DNA of 54,998 nt, from positions 1-54,998 of the IMG/VR virus record IMGVR_UViG_3300030376_004186, one strand, 5' to 3'. Each line of letters starts with the position of its first letter. Position 1 is the first letter of the stretch. Origin of the DNA: a virus (lineage: Duplodnaviria; Caudoviricetes). A program made the translations under genes and the position numbers. The notes beneath the pieces are model-generated. The model ran no database searches. It was given only the letters and a program-made list of their open reading frames with translations, and had not been told where the DNA came from. Shown here one piece after another: positions 1 through 10,200 of this stretch.

Positions 1-9
1 AATTATTAA

Positions 10-318
10 ATGGCAAGTATTATTAAAACAAGTATTAACCTTAACAATATACCTAAAGATAAAATCTTTGTAGGTAAGAAAGGTAAATACTTACCAATTA
101 CAATTACTTTGAATGACGAACTAGATCAGTTCGGTAATCAAGGACCTGTAGTTGTAGAACAAACTAAGGAAGAAAGAGATGCTAAGGCAGCTAAGACTTA
201 TCTTGGTAACGTAAAAGTAGTATGGACAAACGGAACAAACGTTGATACAGCTCCACGTGATGGTGCACCACAACAAACTGCTCCAACTGCTCAACCAGAA
301 GCTGACTTACCATTCTAA
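10..318 (+). CDS. Probable single-stranded DNA-binding protein
   Basis: 102 aa, beta-rich core, Q/P/A-rich linker and acidic C-terminal tail 'EADLPF' typical of SSBs; lies directly upstream of the primase-helicase. Confidence 0.7.
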   Translation: MASIIKTSINLNNIPKDKIFVGKKGKYLPITITLNDELDQFGNQGPVVVEQTKEERDAKAAKTYLGNVKVVWTNGTNVDTAPRDGAPQQTAPTAQPEADLPF

Positions 319-2025
319 ATGAATAGAGAAGAGATCAATGGATTTTTGATTGATAAGTTCAATCAACATAGTCTAAAAGAAGGTGCATCACAGGGGATTT
401 GTCCCCTGTGTTCATCTAGTAGACAACCTAAAAATCAGAAAGCACAATGTGCTTCTTATGATTGGGAACGTGGTCTTGGTACCTGTCACAATTGTGATAC
501 AAGTTTTCAACTACATACTTACCAACGTAAAGGTGCTAGTGAAAAGGTTTATGTTAGACCTGAAACACCAGAACAATTTAACGATGTAAGTACTAATGTT
601 GAGACTTGGTTTGGTACAAGAGGTATATCTAAACAAACACTAAAGGATCTTCAAGTAACAGAAGGTTCTGAGTGGATGCCTCAAACAAGTAAGAACGAAA
701 ATACTATTCAGTTTAATTATTTCATGGGTGATCAGTTGATCAACGTAAAATATAGAGATGGTAGAAAAAATTTCAAGTTATACAAAGGTGCTGAAAAAGT
801 ATTTTACAATATTAATAGTGTTGTAGGATACGATTGGTGTGTTATTGTAGAAGGAGAAATGGATGTACTAGCGTTACACGAAGCTGGTATTACGAATGCA
901 ATATCAGTTCCTAACGGAGCTACATTGAATTCAAACAACTTAGATTATTTAGATAATTGTATTGATTATCTTGAAGATAAGACTAAGATTATAATAGCAG
1001 TAGATGCTGATGAACCTGGTCAAGCTCTTAAAAATGAGTTTGTTCGTAGATTAGGTGCTGAAGTATGCTACTTAGTAGATTTTAATGGTAATAAAGATGC
1101 TAACGAGTATTTAATAGAACACGGTGGTGATAAACTTCGTAATGCTATACACGCATCTAAACAGGTACCATTAGAAAATGTGTCAACCTTATATGATATA
1201 GAAGATGAACTTAAAGATTTTGTTAAGAACGGTTTTAAACCTGGTTTTCAAGTGGGATTATCAAATTTTGATAATATATTTAGCACTTATACTGGTCAGT
1301 TTATTACAGTTACAGGTATACCTAGTTCTGGTAAATCTGACTTTGTAGATCAAATGGTTGTAGGTTATAACAAAAATTATGGATGGAAAACAGCGTTTGC
1401 TTCTCCTGAAAATCAACCTACATATTTACACGCTCACAAATTAATGAGGAAAACGTGGATGGATATGCCATCAGCTGGAGACATTGGAGGTAATAAATGG
1501 AATCAAGTTACAGATCACGTTAATGATAATTATTTCTTTATTGATATGGATAAGTATAATTTAGAATCTGTGCTACGTAAAGGTGCTGAGCTTGTGAAAC
1601 GTAAGGGTATTAAATGTCTTGTTATAGATCCATTTAACAAGGTTAGAGATGTTAATGCGCATTCTGACGACGTAAACCGTTACACGATGGATTATTTGTC
1701 TAAAATTGAAACTTTTTGTAGAAAATATGATGTACTTACTTTTATTGTAGCGCATCCTACTAAAATGTATAAAGGTAATGATGGTAAAATAGAAGAACCT
1801 ACAATGTACAATATTAAGGGTGGTGGTGAATGGTATGATGCTAGTTACCACGGTTTGTTAGTACATAGAGATTACGAAGCTAAAACAACTAAAGTAAAAG
1901 TACTTAAAGTTAAGTTTCAAAATCTTGGTGAAAATGGCGCTGAAGCTCATTTTACTTGGGAACCTAAATCTGGTAGTTTTGTTCCAGAGCAAGTAGTTGA
2001 AGTCGAAGATATGCCGTGGGATTAG
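319..2025 (+). CDS. T7 gp4/Twinkle-like DNA primase-helicase
   Basis: N-terminal Zn finger (CPLC...CHNC), TOPRIM motifs (EGEMD, DAD), SF4 helicase Walker A 'GIPSSGKS', 'LVIDP' and 'VAHP'. Confidence 0.93.
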   Translation: MNREEINGFLIDKFNQHSLKEGASQGICPLCSSSRQPKNQKAQCASYDWERGLGTCHNCDTSFQLHTYQRKGASEKVYVRPETPEQFNDVSTNVETWFGTRGISKQTLKDLQVTEGSEWMPQTSKNENTIQFNYFMGDQLINVKYRDGRKNFKLYKGAEKVFYNINSVVGYDWCVIVEGEMDVLALHEAGITNAISVPNGATLNSNNLDYLDNCIDYLEDKTKIIIAVDADEPGQALKNEFVRRLGAEVCYLVDFNGNKDANEYLIEHGGDKLRNAIHASKQVPLENVSTLYDIEDELKDFVKNGFKPGFQVGLSNFDNIFSTYTGQFITVTGIPSSGKSDFVDQMVVGYNKNYGWKTAFASPENQPTYLHAHKLMRKTWMDMPSAGDIGGNKWNQVTDHVNDNYFFIDMDKYNLESVLRKGAELVKRKGIKCLVIDPFNKVRDVNAHSDDVNRYTMDYLSKIETFCRKYDVLTFIVAHPTKMYKGNDGKIEEPTMYNIKGGGEWYDASYHGLLVHRDYEAKTTKVKVLKVKFQNLGENGAEAHFTWEPKSGSFVPEQVVEVEDMPWD

Positions 2026-2291
2026 GATGGAAAAACTCTAAAAAAACCATAGGTAGAAGTCCTGGTTTTTATTCATATACAAATCAAGATATGAAACATG
2101 CTGGTTGGTGTATTGAAAAGAATATAAAAATAGCAGTTGTACCTAATTGGGAAGGTAGAAACGACGAATGGAAAATTGAATTGAATATTAATAAAAAAAT
2201 ACATATAGATCCTAAGGTATATAAAAGCAAAGAAGCCTTAGCTAAAATGTATGAATATTATAAATACTATTATGACAAATATAGAAACTGA
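2016..2291 (+). CDS. Hypothetical protein
   Basis: 91-aa ORF filling the gap between helicase and next gene; start codon uncertain. Confidence 0.6.
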   Translation: MGLGWKNSKKTIGRSPGFYSYTNQDMKHAGWCIEKNIKIAVVPNWEGRNDEWKIELNINKKIHIDPKVYKSKEALAKMYEYYKYYYDKYRN

Positions 2292-2928
2292 ATTTTATAA
2301 CGCTAATGATGCGTTTGAATACTTTTACAAAACAATAAGTAAACATGGTGTTAGATTTGCTGATACAAGAACTTTGTTTAATATAGGTTTTACAATGCAT
2401 AAACCTCAATTGAATATAATTTCAGATAAGAAACGTAATTGGAATCTTGATTATGCTAAAGCTGAGTGGGACTGGTATTTATCTGGAAACAAGAGTATAC
2501 ATAAACTAGGAGATATATATGGTAAAATTCCACCTATATGGAAACGTATGGCAGACGAAGATGGTAATGTTAACTCTAATTATGGTTGGCAATGGCAACG
2601 TAATCAACAATTAGATTATGTTATTGATAAACTTAAAAAACATAAACATACTAGACACGCTGCGATATCTATATATGACGGTAAAGAACATGATCGATTT
2701 GCTACAGATACACCTTGTACTTACGCGGTACAATTTACAAACGTAGAAAACAGATTAAATATGTGTGTTACGATGCGATCTAACGATCTATGGTATGGTT
2801 TTTGTAACGATCAATACCAATTTAGTAAATTACTAGAATTAGTGTGTGAACAAACAGGTATAGCTATGGGTACATATTACCACTTCGCACATAACTTGCA
2901 TATATATGCAGATAAATTAAACAAATGA
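2272..2928 (+). CDS. Thymidylate synthase-family enzyme, probably dCMP hydroxymethylase/methylase (T4 gp42-like)
   Basis: Catalytic PC (DTPCT), 'NSNYGWQW', 'MRSNDLWYGFCND', 'HNLHIY'; Asp at the nucleotide-specificity position; ATG at 2272 preferred over 2251. Confidence 0.8.
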   Translation: MTNIETEFYNANDAFEYFYKTISKHGVRFADTRTLFNIGFTMHKPQLNIISDKKRNWNLDYAKAEWDWYLSGNKSIHKLGDIYGKIPPIWKRMADEDGNVNSNYGWQWQRNQQLDYVIDKLKKHKHTRHAAISIYDGKEHDRFATDTPCTYAVQFTNVENRLNMCVTMRSNDLWYGFCNDQYQFSKLLELVCEQTGIAMGTYYHFAHNLHIYADKLNK

Positions 2929-3845
2929 AATACTACTATTTATACCACATACCAGGAAAAAAGATCGGTGTAACAACTGACTTAAAAGAAAGGGTAGAAC
3001 GTCAACAAGGTTATGGACCAGGTGAGTACCAGTTATTAATGTCTACTCCAGATATAGATTTTATATCTGAGCAAGAAATAAAATTACAAAAACTCCACGG
3101 TTATAAAGTTGATATGAAATTATATAAAGATTTATATAAAAATAATAATAAACAATTAAATAATATGAAAATAAATGTAACAGAAATGACTACGACATTT
3201 CCCTGTCCAGTCAATAAACTAAAAGGTAGGCTTGTAGATAACACAGGTATGTCTTGGGAAACAGAGCATGGAAATTGTATAATAACAGATAAGTCTATTG
3301 GATGGATAATGGATAACGTTAAAACATCTCAATATACTCAAGATAGGTGTTATATATACAATAAAGCTTTCGCTAGATGGTTTGATAATCACGATGCTTA
3401 CGGTAAACATGGATTAGACAATGCTAAACAAATGAATGACCAATATAATGGTAGAACTAGATCTGGTGCTTTATCTCCATCTGGTATGAACGAAGATTCA
3501 TACGAGTGCTGTGATGAAAACAATCCTTGCGAGTGTAAAGAAAATATACCGCCTTTTACTACATTTGACAATATTAGACAATGGGCTTTTGAAAGAGGTT
3601 TGTACGAAAAGGGTGATGTTAAAACACAAGCTCTTAAACTTGTTGAAGAGGTTGGTGAAACTTGTAGAGCTATATTAAAAGGTAATCACGAAGACGCTGT
3701 AGATGGTATTGGTGATTGCGTAGTTGTGTTAACTAATTTAGCTGAGCTACAAGGCACGTCAATTGAAGATTGTATTGAAGAGGCTTATCATGAGATTAAA
3801 GATAGAACAGGTAAAATGGATAACGGAACATTTAAAAAAGATTAA
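2925..3845 (+). CDS. Fusion of a GIY-YIG-like N-terminal domain and a C-terminal MazG-like nucleotide pyrophosphohydrolase
   Basis: N-terminus 'YYLYHIPGKKIGVTTDLKERVERQ'; C-terminus 'KLVEEVGE...DGIGDCVVVL...CIEEAYHEIKDR' (EExxE/D..D all-alpha NTP-PPase). Confidence 0.75.
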   Translation: MKYYYLYHIPGKKIGVTTDLKERVERQQGYGPGEYQLLMSTPDIDFISEQEIKLQKLHGYKVDMKLYKDLYKNNNKQLNNMKINVTEMTTTFPCPVNKLKGRLVDNTGMSWETEHGNCIITDKSIGWIMDNVKTSQYTQDRCYIYNKAFARWFDNHDAYGKHGLDNAKQMNDQYNGRTRSGALSPSGMNEDSYECCDENNPCECKENIPPFTTFDNIRQWAFERGLYEKGDVKTQALKLVEEVGETCRAILKGNHEDAVDGIGDCVVVLTNLAELQGTSIEDCIEEAYHEIKDRTGKMDNGTFKKD

Positions 3846-3846
3846 T

Positions 3847-4164
3847 ATGAGTGATAGAGAATTATCAGATGCTAAATCAGGTATCACGTCAAGAAAAGAA
3901 TATGGATTTAGAGATCCTGTAGTTAGAAACGTTGTTGATAAGTTTGTTAAACGTTCAGATGTTGGCTATGCTAAGTATGGCTCAACATTAGATGATGAAC
4001 GTAGACTTAAAATGAAAGGATTACAAAAATATCTTAACGATGTTCAAGAAGAGCTTATGGATGCTGTGCTATACATACAAGCCGCGCGTGACGAACTTCA
4101 AGATCTTAATGAAGAATCTTTAATAGATAAATTCAAAGACGATAGATATGAAGAAACGTTTTAA
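3847..4164 (+). CDS. Small all-alpha NTP pyrophosphatase (MazG-like superfamily)
   Basis: 'RSDVGYAKYGSTL...LNDVQEELMDAVLY' motif; ATG at 3847 just after upstream stop preferred over 3763. Confidence 0.6.
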   Translation: MSDRELSDAKSGITSRKEYGFRDPVVRNVVDKFVKRSDVGYAKYGSTLDDERRLKMKGLQKYLNDVQEELMDAVLYIQAARDELQDLNEESLIDKFKDDRYEETF

Positions 4165-4594
4165 AAGAAAAAAAGGTCCTGTCAGAAGTAAAAAAGTTAC
4201 TTTTGATGGGATCAAATTCGCATCAGGTTTAGAGAAGTATATGTATCAAGCTTTAAAAAAGGCTAAGATACATGCTATATATGAAGGAGCAACATTTGTA
4301 CTACAAGAACATTTTATGTTTGATGTAGACTCTTATGAACGACAATCTAATGGAAAAGGTGATATGGTTAATAGAGGTCAAAAAAAGATTCAAAATATTA
4401 AATATACACCTGACTTTGTAAGTGATTCATTCATAATAGAATGTAAGGGTAGAGCAAACGAATCTTTTCCAATTCGTTGGAAAATGTTCAAAAAACATGT
4501 AAAAGTAAACCTACCTCATGTAACTTTATATAAGCCTCAGAACCAAAAAGAATGCGATCTAGTAATTGAATTAATAACTAAAAAATTAAATTAA
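4148..4594 (+). CDS. T7 endonuclease I-like PD-(D/E)XK nuclease / Holliday junction resolvase
   Basis: 'FASGLE...YTPDF...IIECKG' motifs. Confidence 0.8.
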   Translation: MKKRFKRKKGPVRSKKVTFDGIKFASGLEKYMYQALKKAKIHAIYEGATFVLQEHFMFDVDSYERQSNGKGDMVNRGQKKIQNIKYTPDFVSDSFIIECKGRANESFPIRWKMFKKHVKVNLPHVTLYKPQNQKECDLVIELITKKLN

Positions 4595-4726
4595 ATGAAA
4601 GATTGGGAATTCAGTGTAGGGTTCTACCCGGGGATACTATTCGGATTTAGAACTTACACAGAGGTTAATAAACAGAACCATGTATTCTACTTACCGTTTA
4701 TAGATTTTTGTCTAACATATAAATAA
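4595..4726 (+). CDS. Small hypothetical protein (43 aa), absent from the ORF track
   Basis: MKDWEFSVGFYPGILFGFRTYTEVNKQNHVFYLPFIDFCLTYK*; ATG abuts upstream TAA and the ORF fills the gap before nrdJ. Confidence 0.7.
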   Translation: MKDWEFSVGFYPGILFGFRTYTEVNKQNHVFYLPFIDFCLTYK

Positions 4727-4733
4727 AAAATAC

Positions 4734-6596
4734 ATGAGTTTAAATAATAAAATACTATCCGATATAACAGTGCATATGAAGTATGCTAAATTTTTACCAG
4801 AACTTCAAAGAAGAGAAACTTGGGAAGAATTAGTTACTCGTAATAAAGAGATGCACAAGCGCAGGTACCCTGGATTAGTAGACGACATAGAAACGTTTTA
4901 CAGATTTGTTTACAAGAAAAAAGTTTTACCATCTATGAGAAGTTTACAGTTCGGAGGCAAACCCATTGAAATTTCTCCTAATAGACTTTATAACTGTGCT
5001 TTTTTACCTATTGACCATATTGACGCTTTTCCAGAGGTAATGTTCCTATTACTCTCAGGCTGTGGTGTCGGTTATTCTGTGCAAAAGCATAACATAAAAA
5101 AGTTGCCAGAAGTTATAAAACCTCATGACAAGAGAACTAGAAGGTTTGTTATAGGAGATTCAATAGAAGGGTGGTCAGATGCAATAAAAGTTTTAATCAA
5201 GTCTTATTTAGGCTCTAAGAGATCATCTAAGATAAAATTTGATTATTCTGATATTAGACCTAAAGGAGCGCGTCTCGTGACCTCTGGTGGAAAAGCTCCA
5301 GGACCACAACCATTAAAAGAATGTATTGTAAAAATTAAAGGATTATTAGATGGAAAAGAAGACGGAGAAAAATTATCATCAGTGGAAGTCCACGATATCA
5401 TCTGCCACATTGCGGATGCTGTATTGGCTGGGGGAATACGACGTGCCGCACTTATATCGTTATTTTCGGCCTACGACGAAGAAATGATTTCTTGTAAAAC
5501 CGGTAATTGGTGGGAAGAAAATCCACAAAGAGGTAGAGCGAATAATTCAGCGGTTTTAATGAGACATAAAGTTACTAAAGATTTTTTTATGGATCTTTGG
5601 AAGCGAATTGAATTATCTGGATCTGGTGAACCAGGAATATATTTAAATAATGATAAAGATTGGGGGACTAATCCATGTTGTGAAATAGCATTACGTCCGT
5701 TCCAATTTTGTAACTTATGTGAAGTAAATGTTTCAGATGTAGAAACTCAAGAAGAATTAAATAATCGAGTTGCTGCGGCTGCTTTTATAGGAACATTACA
5801 AGCTGGTTACACTGACTTTCATTATCTAAGAGAAGTTTGGCAAGAGACCACTGAAAAAGATGCTCTTATAGGAGTGTCAATGACAGGTATAGCCTCTGGT
5901 AAAGTTCTTGAATTAGATATGGAAGAAGCTGCTGAACATGTAAAAACGATGAATAACATAGTCTCTAAGACTATAGGTATTAAAAAAGCTGCTAGAATGA
6001 CTACGGTTAAACCAGCAGGTACAACGTCTTTAGTGCTTGGAACTTCATCAGGTATACACGCTTGGCACAATAAATACTATATACGTAGAATACGTGTAGG
6101 TAAGAACGAAGCTATTTATAGTTATCTTACCATACATCATCCAGAGTTATTAGAAGATGATTATTTTAGACCACACGATACTGCTATTATTAGTATTCCA
6201 CAGTCAGCACCAAAAGGTTCTATTACTAGAAAAGAATCTGCTTTTGATCTTTTAGAAAGAGTTAAAAAAGTAGCAACTAAATGGGTTAAACCGGGTCACA
6301 GGGTTGGGTCTAATACTCATAACGTTTCAGCTACAATATCTTTAAAAGATAATGATTGGAAAGAAGCTGGTGAATGGATGTGGAAAAACAGAGACCATTA
6401 TAACGGACTTTCCGTTTTACCGTATGATGGTGGTACATATACTCAAGCTCCATTTGAGGATATAACAAAACGGAAATACGACGAAATGACTAAAACCTTA
6501 CATGACGTTAATTTATCAAAAATAATAGAAGTCGAAGATAATACAGACTTATCTGGTGAATTAGCTTGTGCTGGTGGAAGTTGTGAAGTAACTTAA
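4734..6596 (+). CDS. nrdJ: Class II (adenosylcobalamin-dependent) ribonucleotide reductase
   Basis: 'LYNC', 'TNPCCEI', 'TTVKPAGT', C-terminal redox pair 'ACAGGSCEV'; single subunit with no R2 gene nearby. Confidence 0.9.
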   Translation: MSLNNKILSDITVHMKYAKFLPELQRRETWEELVTRNKEMHKRRYPGLVDDIETFYRFVYKKKVLPSMRSLQFGGKPIEISPNRLYNCAFLPIDHIDAFPEVMFLLLSGCGVGYSVQKHNIKKLPEVIKPHDKRTRRFVIGDSIEGWSDAIKVLIKSYLGSKRSSKIKFDYSDIRPKGARLVTSGGKAPGPQPLKECIVKIKGLLDGKEDGEKLSSVEVHDIICHIADAVLAGGIRRAALISLFSAYDEEMISCKTGNWWEENPQRGRANNSAVLMRHKVTKDFFMDLWKRIELSGSGEPGIYLNNDKDWGTNPCCEIALRPFQFCNLCEVNVSDVETQEELNNRVAAAAFIGTLQAGYTDFHYLREVWQETTEKDALIGVSMTGIASGKVLELDMEEAAEHVKTMNNIVSKTIGIKKAARMTTVKPAGTTSLVLGTSSGIHAWHNKYYIRRIRVGKNEAIYSYLTIHHPELLEDDYFRPHDTAIISIPQSAPKGSITRKESAFDLLERVKKVATKWVKPGHRVGSNTHNVSATISLKDNDWKEAGEWMWKNRDHYNGLSVLPYDGGTYTQAPFEDITKRKYDEMTKTLHDVNLSKIIEVEDNTDLSGELACAGGSCEVT

Positions 6597-6617
6597 TTAT
6601 TAACAAAAACAATTATT

Positions 6618-7016
6618 ATGAAAAAACTATTTTTAACGGCAAGTTTCGTTCTTGCTACAATTTTATGTTCTGCGCAGTTTATGGTAGTAACAACTGTAAA
6701 CATGCCAGAAGATAATGCAGAATGGGAGATGTCGAATATCACTGATAATATGGGTGTTGGTTATATATTGAACAATAATATAACTTTAGGGCTTGTAAAA
6801 AACGGTGAGGAGTACGATATGTGGGGTAGATATTATATCAATGATATTTACGCTTCAGTACAAGCTCCAACTGAAGATATGATGGATAATATGATGTTTG
6901 GTGTTGGTTATTCTTTAAAAGTATGGAATGACTTATATGTAGAACCAAATTACATGATGTCTATGAAAGAAGATTCAGAAGGAGAATTTAAATTAGGAAT
7001 ATCTTATAAATTTTAA
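6618..7016 (+). CDS. Small outer-membrane beta-barrel protein with signal peptide
   Basis: 'MKKLFLTASFVLATILCSA|Q' Sec signal, alternating beta strands (MGVGY, FGVGYSL), C-terminal BAM-type signal 'LGISYKF'. Confidence 0.7.
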   Translation: MKKLFLTASFVLATILCSAQFMVVTTVNMPEDNAEWEMSNITDNMGVGYILNNNITLGLVKNGEEYDMWGRYYINDIYASVQAPTEDMMDNMMFGVGYSLKVWNDLYVEPNYMMSMKEDSEGEFKLGISYKF

Positions 7017-7026
7017 ATAAATAAAT

Positions 7027-7227
7027 ATGTACGAAAATAACAATGTAATTAAATTATATCAAAAAATGGGTGAAGAGTTTGAAAGATGTATGCCTGACGC
7101 AGAAAAGTTTGTTGAAGGTAATAACTCAGCAGGAACAAGAGTTAGAAAGTCTATGCAAACTATTAAAAACTTAGCTCAAGAAATTAGAGTTGAAGTTCAA
7201 AACCAAAAGAACAGTGTTGTAGCGTAG
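7027..7227 (+). CDS. Histone H1-like (Hc1-family) small protein
   Basis: 'DAEKFVEGNNSAGTRVRK' resembles the Bacteroidota Hc1 motif GNxxAGTRxRK. Confidence 0.65.
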   Translation: MYENNNVIKLYQKMGEEFERCMPDAEKFVEGNNSAGTRVRKSMQTIKNLAQEIRVEVQNQKNSVVA

Positions 7228-7254
7228 TTTGCTATACACATTGCTCCAAATAAT

Positions 7255-7287
7255 AAAGGGACCGTCGAAAGACGATCCCTTTTTTTT
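7255..7287. terminator. Bidirectional intrinsic terminator between the convergent genome arms
   Basis: AAAGGGA-CCGTC-GAAA-GACG-ATCCCTTTTTTTT hairpin with a T-tract on + and an A-tract on the other side. Confidence 0.85.
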
Positions 7288-7288
7288 A

Positions 7289-10200
7289 TTAATAACCTCC
7301 ACTACCTCCTCCTCCAGGACTTGGTGGTGGTGACGGTGGTGGCGTATAAGTTGTTTCTGGTTCTTCTTCTGGTTCTTCTTCTGGTTCAGTAATTATAGGA
7401 GGTGATATAACTGTAGGAATATCTGGTGTTTCTATTATTTCTGGAATCGGATCAGATAGTAATATATCATTTTCTATATTATCCTCTGTTGTTATTGGAT
7501 AATTAAAAGTTTTTTCTATTTGTATTTCTTCTCCATTATTCCAATCTCCATGAAACTGCGTAACACCCATTTCTAAACCATTAGGCATATAAAATTCTTG
7601 TTCATTAAATTCATGTATATGATAACTTGAGTTCGGACTGTTTTCAATAGCGTCATCTATATTATCATATAATGGATAATAACCTAATATACCAAAAGGA
7701 CCAGTTTTTTTAGGTTTCCTAAGTTCAATAAATTTTTGTCTTTTACTTAATAATCTTTGCTCAAACTCAAGTTTAATAGAATTAGAATCGTTTTCAACGG
7801 GTATTATTAAACTCGAACTACTACCACTGGTTTGACAACAATATCCTGCGGCTACAATTGGTAAAGGAAAATTATTATTTATCACGTTAATAGGAATATT
7901 ATAATTTTGCATACCTTCATATTTAAAACAAATAATGGTACAAGGAACTCCTGTAATTGTATTTCCATTAGAATCAATATAAGAAATTTGCATATTATAC
8001 CCAGAAGTTTGAAATATAAATGTATCTCCAATAGTTAAAGGATTTTGAAACTGTGAAGTTAACCAATCATAAAAAGCAGTGTAATCTTGAATTCCAGGTG
8101 GATTAGAACCAAAAGGCGGAGACGTTACTCCAATAGGATTGTTTTCCATTGCCATAGGCCCGTAAGGTTCACCACCAAACCAAGCGTTAGATGGGGTGTT
8201 CCAAGATCCACCCGCAAACACTCCACATATACTAAAACAATGGTTAACAGAAGCCGCTCCACAAGTTGGTGCGCAATCAGAAAGATTAGCGTGTTGCACA
8301 GCAGTAGAGGGTTGATAAACAAGTAAGTTTGTAATACAAGAATTAACCCAAGTTGGTGGCGCCCAAGTAGAATCACAAGCATGTGCAAATTCATTAGTCC
8401 TTATACTAATCGGGGTAGTTCCAGGTGTGCCTTGTGGATTAGGAAATTGAGCATTACCCCAAAGAAAAGAATTACAACCTGAAATAGAATTATTAATCAT
8501 CTCGTGTTCTACTTTAAAAAACACATGCGTAAGACTTTCTCCCCAATTAGGATCGTCATAAAGTAATTGTGGTATGTTTCCTTCTAAATGCGTAACATTT
8601 TTCAACACCATTAGTATAACCTGACATTGATAAGGATGTGATCCGCTTGGCGTTCCAGGAAGTGTAGAAATACTCTCAATAGTATCATATCTCCATTTAC
8701 CTAAAAATGTATAATCAACATCATATAATGTAAATGTCATACCGGAATCCATATTATTTTGAATATCGCTAGCAGAATAAACATTTCCCATAACGTCTTT
8801 TGTTGGTAACATCACGCCTATATACTCACCACCTATAGAACTATCACTTGCTGGTAAAGTATTTGCGCTTGAGACAGGATTTCCATTTTTATCCCTTAAG
8901 TTAGGTAATGGATTAGTTAAGCTCGAAGTATTGGACGACCAAGTTAATATCATCCCAGAATATCCTGCAATACCAGTATGAAAACCATCTCTATAGTTAT
9001 ACTCTACACAGCTGCAAGTATTTGGAACCATAGGATCTTTACATGGATCTAATGGTTCTACCTCACATTCAAATCTTCTAATTGGACGAACTGATAACGG
9101 ATGACATCTATATGCTAATTTTGGATTGTTAGTGATAGTATCGTATGCATAAGCATATTTATCAGGATCTTGCAATCCAGTACCGTTATCTATGTGTTGT
9201 GAAGAAGTCCAATAAAGATGTTCTGATTTTTGCGTTAAAGGATTAAATGTAATTTGATTTGCCGCGGAAGAACCAGGACCAACATTCGTAAACATTTCTT
9301 TAAATTCCTGTACAGATGGTAAAAACCAATCATTTGTAGTACCATGATTTTTACATACAGTAGCAGCTATATCATGTGTATTTAACCAAGGGTGTGTTCC
9401 ACCTGTAGGTGTTCCAGGGTTCCCAGGAAAAGCGTGTATAATATCTGTGTTATCTAAACCTAAACCAAAATCAAGAGATGTTTGAATTGTAGGTGGTGTA
9501 CCACTGTGCGGTATATCGTAAGCTCCCCATTCAGATCCTTGAAGTCCAAAAGGAGTAAGTCCTGTAGTTCCTGTAAGAGTAATTGATGAAACAGCACTTG
9601 GAGTTAAGTTTCCTAAAGATGGTGATGACAACGACATTTGAGCCGTGAAATACGGTCCAACATTGTTTACCGTAGGGTATGTTGTTGAAGTTATAGTTGT
9701 ATTAGGTGGAAATAATTGATTTCCATTATCGTCTAATCCAGAAACTTCCCATCCCGCGTAATTAATAAAGTTAAAAGATTGATTCCATGGTACTGATACT
9801 GTTCCTATTACTAATGAAAAACTTGGTCCATAATTTATATTAATCACGTTGGATCCTTGAGAAATAGCATTAGGTTGTATAGTTGTAGATATCGGTGTAG
9901 GACTTGTGCACGGTGAAACAACTGTTGTTGTTAAACTAAACTTAAAAGGTAAAGTGTTATTTCCTGATTGATCTAAAGCAGCCGTAAGTTGATCTACTAT
10001 TTTTACAGTAAAAGCTCCATGTCCAGAAGGATGTGTTGATGGTGTTATAGAGAGTATAGTAGTTGTAGATATAGGATTACCAAGAGAATCTGCAAATAAG
10101 TTAGGTGTAATAGCTGCAAGTGTATCACCTACTTGTGGAGGAGGATTAGATCCAACATTTGGATATGGTGGGTTAGGTGTATCATTCCAATAAAACGTAA

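Noticed and set aside
9060-9340. Diversity-generating retroelement targeting the lectin-like domain
   Set aside because: No reverse transcriptase and no second near-identical copy (template repeat) seen in the window; cannot be excluded elsewhere in the genome
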